Position numbers and translations under genes: made by a program | Notes under the pieces: generated by a model | Databases searched by the model: none | Told to the model about the DNA's origin: nothing | Seen by the model: only the letters and a program-made list of their open reading frames with translations | Shown here: positions 54,901-64,000 of the stretch, one piece after another | Numbering within the stretch: position 1 is the stretch's first letter | How the letters are laid out: every line of letters begins with the position of its first letter | Assembly: GCA_012295275.1 (NCBI GenBank) | Contig: CM022672.1 | Coordinates: forward strand, 12,834,001-12,898,000 | Length of the DNA: 64,000 nt | Direction of reading: 5' to 3' | From: Chrysomallon squamiferum | Taxonomy: Eukaryota; Animalia; Mollusca

Positions 54901-55545
54901 TTAACAGCTCTAGAACTGCTAAAGAGCACGTTTTTCACAGCGAATTCTAACAAGACATTTCTTATCGATTAGTATCAACAAATCTTTCGTATTCGGTTTC
55001 CAACAGACAGGAAAACACAAACCTCGACCTTTGATAAATCGCTCGTTTGGGCACTGGTTGAAACGGGAAATATGATGCAGCGAAACGTTGAAAATGAGGA
55101 AACAAAAATGTTTAACACGTTTAACTTTTCCTTTCGCTAAACTGTGTCATTTCCCGTTCTGTAGTTCAGAAATAGAACGCACGATGAAAATATCTGTTTT
55201 CGTTTGTTGTTTTAATGATGATAATGAAAAAAGTGTGTGAATGGATGGATAGATGACCAAACTGAATTGCTATACAGACAGGCAGGTACATACATACATC
55301 TCTCTACTGTCTCTCTCTGTCTCTCTGTCTAACTCTCTTTCCCACACTCTTGTCGTTTCTTTTTAGACTTTCTGTATTCTTTTTATTTTTCTTTCATTCT
55401 TTCGGTCTGTCTATTCTTTTTTCGCCTTTATTTTTTCTATTTTTGCTTTCATTTGTGACATACGTTGTTTTGTATGTTTGTACGTAAAATGGATGTAATA
55501 TTACTTTTATAACTTAATACTGTACAATACAATGCAATATAATAC

Positions 55546-55580
<35 letters not shown>

Positions 55581-56694
55581 GACTGTCTTTCTCTCTCTCT
55601 CTCCCCTGCCTCCCTCCCTCCCTCCTCATCCCTCCCTTCGCACTTTGATTTATGTGCACAAGTATTAAATTTCAAGATACATGATAATGAAAAAAAAAAA
55701 AATCTGAAAATGCTATTGGTGTGAAATGTTTGTGATAAAGTAACGCGATGATATTAAACTAAGGAAACGAGGAAACGAACCGACATGAATAAGCTGTTGT
55801 GATAATCGACGAGCTCATTTTGCTTCGGGTCAACCAGAACTCTATACGTACTGCTAATATTGACGTATTGCACAACGGGACAACAGTTGTAACGTATCAA
55901 ACGAAAGGAATGATTATAACACTATTGGATCTGCACCTGCGGTGAGTATATTGTATATATTAAAGGCGTGTGTGCATGGTTAAATTTTAATACTCTGCTA
56001 GCAGCTGCAGAGAGAGTATATTCTCAATTAGTAAACCGAGAATAGTCAAACTTAATCATATAAAGATTAACAGCACGGCTGTGTGAATGTGTATGTAAGT
56101 GATGTAAAATACATTGGTTATGGTATATCTGATAACTGTAGCATCTATGTACTCGATGTAGATAATACCGTTATGTGTGATGCACATAATTATCGTTATG
56201 TTCTGGCAGTATGTGGTAGTTTAAAAAAACAAACAGAAAACAGGTCAGATTCTGATCGTTCTCCAACATCAGTGCAAAAATGACAGCAATTTTTTTATTT
56301 TGTTTTTAGATTGATTGATAGTTAACGTTTTAACGTGTAAACGTATATGTTTGTGCTTGTGTGTGTATATATGTATGTAGTATGTGTGTCTGTGCATATG
56401 TGTGTGTGTGTGCGTGTGTATCAATATATATGTATGTGTGTATCTCTCTCTCTATCTCTATCTCTCTTTCTCTCTATATATATACACACACATAGATATA
56501 CATGTATACGTGTGTGTATGTGAGTATGCGTTAATGCATACATATGTGTGTGTGTGTGTGTGTCTGTTAAGAATGTATGTATTATTATAGGTAAGATTTA
56601 ATTTCTAATTCATTTTATAATTATAAACAAAACTGATGTCATTGCAACGTATTTTATTCATCCTACGTATTAACAACAACAACAACAACAACAA

Positions 56695-56768
<74 letters not shown>

Positions 56769-57499
56769 GTAATCATCATACTAGCAAGATTTGAAGTGAG
56801 GTAAAATTTCTTAATTATTACAAAAAATCAAAAGAAGCTTTTAAGTGCAAAATAAGTGTGTTCATTTCTAGAATTCTTTCCATAATGAGTCTACTAAAGT
56901 AACCATGGCAACGCCATTTATTCTGAAAACCTAGCGTCCATACACAGGTATTTATTAATTACATAAAAAAAAAAACTGTTCTTCTTAGGCGATCCAGGTA
57001 TTTTTTTTTTTTTTTTTTTTTTTTTCTAAAGCAGGCCATGTTTCTGGCGATGTTTTTATTGCGTAATTCAGATTTGCTTGATGGAAAACACATTATTAGA
57101 AAAATAACAGAAATTGTTTTCGTTAGAAGAATCTGTTTTTAATTGCTCATAGTTTAATATAATATAAACAACCCCCTCAGAAAACTGATACAGACTGTCA
57201 GTTTCAGGATGTAATAGTTTAAAAATAAATAAATAAATAAACAAATAAAGCTATTATTCCTGACTATCTTTTAATTACCTAATTTATTTACATTTTCTTT
57301 AAAAAAAAAAAAAAAAAATTAAAAATTGTTTACGAGCTATGTATGATGTTGGGTACTTATTTATGTTTTGAAGAAAACTGGTAGATACATTTCAAAGCGT
57401 AAAACTGCTGTAACTGGCGTTATAAACGTGACTGTGTTTTCTTATATTATTCAGGTAGATAGGTCGATATTGTGTGTTTTTATGTGCATGAAAGTATAT

Positions 57500-57578
57500 A
57501 ATGTAGGCATGTTTGTATGTTTGTGTGTATGTTTGGTGTATGTTTGTGTATGAGTATTTATGTATTTGTGTATGTATG

Positions 57579-57631
<53 letters not shown>

Positions 57632-58361
57632 ATGTATGTGTGTGATGTATCTACGTCCGTACGTATTATGTATGTATTGTGTATATTTGTGTATGTATGT
57701 ATGCTTGTATGCATATGTGTGTCTGAGTGTATGTGTGTATGTTTGCATGTGTGTATGTATGTTGGTGCATATTGGTGCTTATGTTGCATGGATATGTATA
57801 TGTATGTGTATCGCAGTTATTAGCGTCTGTATTTATATTTACTAAATTTGGAAAGTTTTCGAAATTTATTTTTAATTCCGGAATTAATCCAAAACACACA
57901 GATACACACACACACATCCGTACGCACGCACGCACACACACACACACACACACACATTATAACATTTGCTTTGTTACACAAACACAATCAACATACCTCT
58001 TTCTGTGTGCATATATGTATCATTTTCACTCACGCATGCACGCACATTCACACACACACGCACACATATATATTCCAGTCAAAATGTCGTATATGAAGAC
58101 ATTTGAGACACGGCTCGAAATTAACGGACATGCGCAACTGGCTAAAATGCTCCGGTCTGCACCCGAAGTGCGTCCGCATAGCTTATATGTCGAGAGCGAT
58201 ATTACCTACCCGTGATTTGTGTTTATATTTACCAAATTTGCGAAGCATTTAAAATTTAAATGCCATATCTGTAGCAAAACAAAATAGTGTGTACGTGATA
58301 TGTTTTGTGTGCATGTGTATGTATGTATGTATGTATGTATGTATGTATGTATGTATGTATG

Positions 58362-58392
<31 letters not shown>

Positions 58393-58471
58393 GTATGTAA
58401 GTATGTATGTATGTATGGATGATGTATGTTTATATGTGCGTGTATATGTAAGTATATGTATACGTATAATG

Positions 58472-58540
<69 letters not shown>

Positions 58541-58545
58541 TGTTT
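57500..58545. repeat. Compound (TG)n/(TATG)n/(CA)n/(TA)n microsatellite region
   Basis: Directly visible. It explains the dense cluster of pseudo-ORFs here. Confidence 0.9.
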
Positions 58546-60860
58546 TGTATGCATATAGATGCATTAAGCACATATAAATTTATATCAGGATACATTCACT
58601 ATTTCAGACATGTATATGCAAAATGTCTGTCGCGTTCCAGCTGTTTATATGAAATGAATTGATTTTACTTCATACTCTAGCCATCACCGAGTTCAGTAAA
58701 TAATATATCCATGGTTACCGATACACAGTAAACATGCACTGTACTGTCAAGAAAAACATAATTGTAAAGTAGATTTTTCTCTAATGGATTGTAAACTTTT
58801 GTTGGGAAAAATAAAAGAAATAAGCAATTGTTAAAGATAATAAAAAGAAATTGCTGCATTTGCAAAGAAATATTTTATGGACAGTTATTTTGTCTGTCAA
58901 AAGAAAAACAGCAGAGATCATTTTTTATGTTTTTCTTTTATCTTTTTAAAACATTTTTTATTATTATTATATTTTATTTATTTCTTTGTTTATTGGTAGC
59001 AGTTTTAATAGTAGTAGTAGTAGTAGTGGTAGTTATAGTAACTGTAGTTGTAAGATGTACTTACTGTAATAGGAGAAACAATGTTACTAGTACTATTATT
59101 ATCTAACCGTAACAGCTGTAACATTACCTATTTTTCTTTGTTTGATTCTTATTTATCTGTTTGTTTTATTCTATTTTTATTTGCTTACTCTTTAACCACG
59201 GTGACTTAATAGCGTAATAATTAATGAAATCAATTTAGAAAATAAATTATTCAGGATATTTTTATAGATTTGTTAGCATCTGGAAGTAACCAAAGACGCA
59301 CAGACAGCACGAGTCAGTAAATTAGAAACCGAATAAAACTATGCAGGGCAGATCCATAAATCAGAAAAAAGGGGAGCGCCACCATTGTTGTTATTAATAT
59401 ACCACGTACGAAGTGAGATTGATTACAAACTAAACAACACCAACAACAACAATAAAGTAATAATATAAAAAATAATAATAATAAAATAAATATATAAATA
59501 AATAAATAAATAAATAAAGATATACACATATATATACAGAAGTGGGGATGTATTAAATCGCAGTAAACTGAGACTGCTGAAAATAATCTATTCTGGCCAT
59601 TGTGACATTTAAAGCAACAGACGTGCAGTGTGATTCAACGAAGAGCAACATCCTGTATCTGCACGCATCTCCCCTTTCCCCGCGTCACACTTTCCCCCCT
59701 CGTCTTCACATGACGCTCTTGTAACTGCCGCTGACGTCGACGTGTTTGCCAATGTCGCAGAATGAACTCTCTCTCTCTCTCCGAACAGACGACGTTTTCA
59801 TTACGATATTGATCGATTTAAAAACAATTCTTTTATTTCCGTAGGTAAACACAGAAGATGTGGATACGAGACGATTAGGTGAGTAAAGATTTTCTGTTAT
59901 TTTTAACTCTTCCCGTAAAAAAAAAGTAATATTATTTTTTTTTAAAAAAATTTATATACATATAAAACGGTGGTTTGTGATTCTATTTTTTTTTTGTTGT
60001 TGTTTTGTATATTGTATTCATCTTTATTGTTCTTGGTTATATCACACAGTGACCGGCCTTTCATGTTACGACCTCATATTTAATGTTCAGGTGAAACGGC
60101 GTGGATTCACCTGGGCCATAATGTACTTAATTTGTTGTTTACCTTTCTGCTACATAGTCGTATAAACTATATACAATACATACATATGTACACATATTTA
60201 TTTATTTATTGTTTGCATTTCTGTTGTTCATTCAGTTTATTTATTTATTTATTTACACACACATATACACATGTACACACATATTTGTTTATGTAGATAT
60301 TGTGTGTATATGTGAGTCCTAGATAAACAGATGGATAGACACACAGACATACAAATATATAATAACACTCACATACTTACCTACATACATTATAATAATG
60401 ATGATTATATAGATACATATACATACATACATACATACATATATATTTATATATATGTGCAATCACGCACAGAAGCACGTACAGACTCACAAACATACTT
60501 ATATACCTTGTTGAAAACGTATTAACATATTACATGTACTGTTTAGTTTGACTGACAGACAGTTGTAGAGATAATCAAACTGACTGAGATACACAAAGGC
60601 ACACAAACTTTATACATCTAGATAATTCTATAAATATACAAAGAAATGCTGAATAGAGATAGAGAAAGATATAGATAAATACACAGACAGACACACATAT
60701 ACAGGCATATTTAGTTAGATAGATTGACATACAGAGACATAGGTTGTCTGTCAATCATCCGGTTATTTAGTTTCTCTGTATGTGACTGTGTTTGTTTATA
60801 TATACGTGGTTTGAGTTAGAATGACGATGTGTTTGCAAGTGCCAGTTCATTAGTCTTTAT

Positions 60861-60981
<121 letters not shown>

Positions 60982-61009
60982 CTAGCGTATCTGTGTTTGT
61001 GTCTGTATG

Positions 61010-61047
<38 letters not shown>

Positions 61048-61075
61048 CATACATACATACAGATATATATAAATG

Positions 61076-61112
<37 letters not shown>

Positions 61113-63249
61113 AATGTGTTGGTATCAGAATAACGCTGTGTTTATAAGTGCACATACATCTTTACATAGGCCTGTGGCTCGTTTGTGCAGGTGTAGATGT
61201 TGTTTATCATTTGAGACATATCATCACACAGAGAAAGTCCTGTCTGTTTACCATTCTTTCAGTTCTCTACATTCGTGTGTGTTCTAGTGCAATAATATTG
61301 TACTTCGTCATCTGCGTTTTACATTGTTTACATACTATCAAAATGATACAGCAAAACGTATTAGCTAGTAAATTATGTATGTATATATATATATGATGAT
61401 GTATATACACATAAACACATATATACATACATACATACAACTACATACAGATACATATATACATACATACACACACATATACACATACACACATACCTAC
61501 ACATCCAAACTTATATATAAGTCTGTGTGTATGTGTATGTGTGAATGTGTATGTGTGAATGTGTATGTGTGAATGTATATGTGTGAATGTATATGTGTTT
61601 ATGTGTGAATGTATATGTGTGTATGCAAGCTTTTATATAAGTTTGGATGTGTAGGTATATTTGTACATATATAGGTGTGTGTGTATGTGCATATGTGTGC
61701 ATATGTGTATATGTGTATGTATGTATGTATGTATGTACGTATGTATCTGTATGTATCTGTATGTATGTATATATGTGATTATACGTATTTGCATGTGTGT
61801 GTGTGTGTATGTGTGTGTGTATAGGCAGGTAGGTGGTATAATATTTATTCAGCAGTATAAGACAGAATGACACTGACAGAATAACAAGTTCATGAAAAGG
61901 TCATCACCTCCTGCGTGTGCTTGCTTGACGAATTCAATTACCAGGCGGTTTAAAACAGAATTCTTCACCGCGTTAATTTTATTAAATTTATTATTTATTT
62001 AATGTTGTAAAAATGAGTGTCATTTAATAATATTATTAATAATAATAATAATGATGATGATAATAATTATGATGATGATGATGATAATAATGATGATGAT
62101 GATGATGATGATAATAATAACTGTGGGGCAAAGCTGGAATGGGAAATAAGCAGTCTGGAGAGCAATGAATATTAGACCTACAATCCGTAATGGCACAGAT
62201 CGATTTATAGCAACAACAACAATAACTAACAACCTGTAGTAACCGAGTAGAGAAAGCAATAAAAATTTAACTTCTTTTTAGTTGAAGAGAATTCAAATTC
62301 AGAGAATCACAGAATAATGTCAAATTTTTCTCTCTATCTTTCTTTTTTCTCAATCTTTCCCTTCTCACTTTCGTTCTTTTTTTCTCTCTGTCTGTCTATC
62401 ATTTCTCTCAAAACAGCGTGGAGTATCCTGTAATCTAACTGCGCGTGATAGAGTCTTGTAAACTTGCGCGAACTGACCTCCAGCGGAAACGTAGGATGAC
62501 AAAAGAATTTCCAGATGAAATAATCATTTGTCAACTATCGATTCACTGTTATCGAAGGAAGCAATACAGATAAAGCGAATTACTTGCAAGAAGCAGCTCG
62601 TGTTAGCATTACTGATTAACGGATTAACGCTGACGCAGAAACTGTATTAGAAAATGAAAGGTATTTTTTATATATATACATTGTGTAAATAAATAATTAC
62701 TGGAGGGCAGAGTAACGGTAATAATGTAACATAATATGAAATAACGCAGATATAATATTACACGATAACGTAATATCACAATTTTGTCATGGGCGGATCC
62801 AGAATTTCAAAAAGGGAGGGGTTACTATCAGTGTCAGGGATTAACTTTCAGAATGAATTGAATTTCCTTATCAATAAAAGTCAATATATATATATATATA
62901 TATAGTAAAAGTATGAAAACCTGGTCAAGTATACATGAACATTCCAGATTCATATTTATGCTAATGACGTCATATGATACGTCTAATATATCACGTCTTG
63001 ATTTGATGGGGCGTAGCGTAACATATAACGTGGAAACGTCCAACATTATCATTTAATTGTTATTATCGGATTTATAAATAAATATATTTATTTTATTAAA
63101 GGGAGTGAAGTACGACAAACCTCTGTCTAACAATGACAAGAACTAATTTGACATTATGACGTATTTCCATAGTATGACACGAAATGTTATTACGACATCA
63201 ATGAATAAGGTCACATGATATTTTACGAAACAGAATATGACATGACATA

Positions 63250-63282
<33 letters not shown>

Positions 63283-63594
63283 TATACATATATATTTATA
63301 TTATCTTTATTTATTTATTTATGTATTTATTTTATTTTATTTTATTATAATAATTTGTTTTCGTTGTTCTTTTTATGCCATTGCATCCAGTTGACTTTAT
63401 TAAATATCAATATTGCAAATAGTTTATGTTTAATTGATTTTGTGTTTGTGTTAAATTCATTGTACGGTATTGTTAATAACAGTTGAAAGATTTTCCAAAC
63501 CTGTCCACACATGGATACACATACATTTATCCATGAATGCATGCATTTATACATACAAAACACACACACACACATAAGGAAAATCATAATAAAT

Positions 63595-63644
<50 letters not shown>

Positions 63645-64000
63645 TAAATAATTTTCATTTGTACTGCTGTTAATATTGAGTAGACAAAATATCGTTAAAT
63701 ATCGTTCACTATTTCTATAATCTAATTTTTAAATATCCAATATTACTATAAAATTATATTTTGATCTACTTTAAAAATCGTAATATACTTCGTTCGTAAT
63801 GTATATCATTCAAAAATATGTTCACAATGCAAACCTTTTAATCGATCAGAATGTTTTTTAGGTTAGAATTTTATTCACTTATATATTTATGATGTAATAC
63901 TTATGTTTGCAATTATTAGTACATAAAAAACATTTATTTGATTTGATTTGATTTGATTTTATTAACATAATTACTACAACAGTATCTACAGCTACTACTT

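Noticed and set aside
62789-62822. GGGCGGATCCAGAATTT...GGGAGGGG transposon-like terminus
   Set aside because: No matching second terminus or target-site duplication was found, and it is too short to annotate.

Overview
AT-rich, microsatellite-dense animal genomic DNA, probably from a mollusc or gastropod (inferred from the repeat types and protein sequences). Almost every ORF in the supplied track is a microsatellite artefact. Five spliced genes can be rebuilt by hand with consistent splice phases, in alternating orientation: (1) a 5'-truncated TMEM272-like gene (+, 31-2989); (2) a complete 23-exon choline transporter-like SLC44A2/4/5-type gene (-, 4875-18995, 710 aa) with one U12 minor intron and one GC-AG intron; (3) RPS5 (+, CDS 20997-22465, 205 aa, TCT/5'TOP start); (4) TMCO1 (-, 23611-26188, 181 aa); (5) an unnamed 299-aa gene (+, 26786-33306) that looks like a stand-alone SNX17/27/31-type FERM domain with no PX or PDZ domain. 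From about 35.6 kb to the end there is no long coding sequence, but the DNA is CpG-rich and carries a series of + strand splice donors and promoter motifs, probably the multi-promoter 5' end of a large gene. The main oddities are the PX-less SNX-FERM gene, a minisatellite built from copies of a real 5' splice site and interrupted by a hAT MITE, the mixed intron classes in SLC44, and a sharp CpG domain boundary. All assignments come from reading the sequence; no searches were run.
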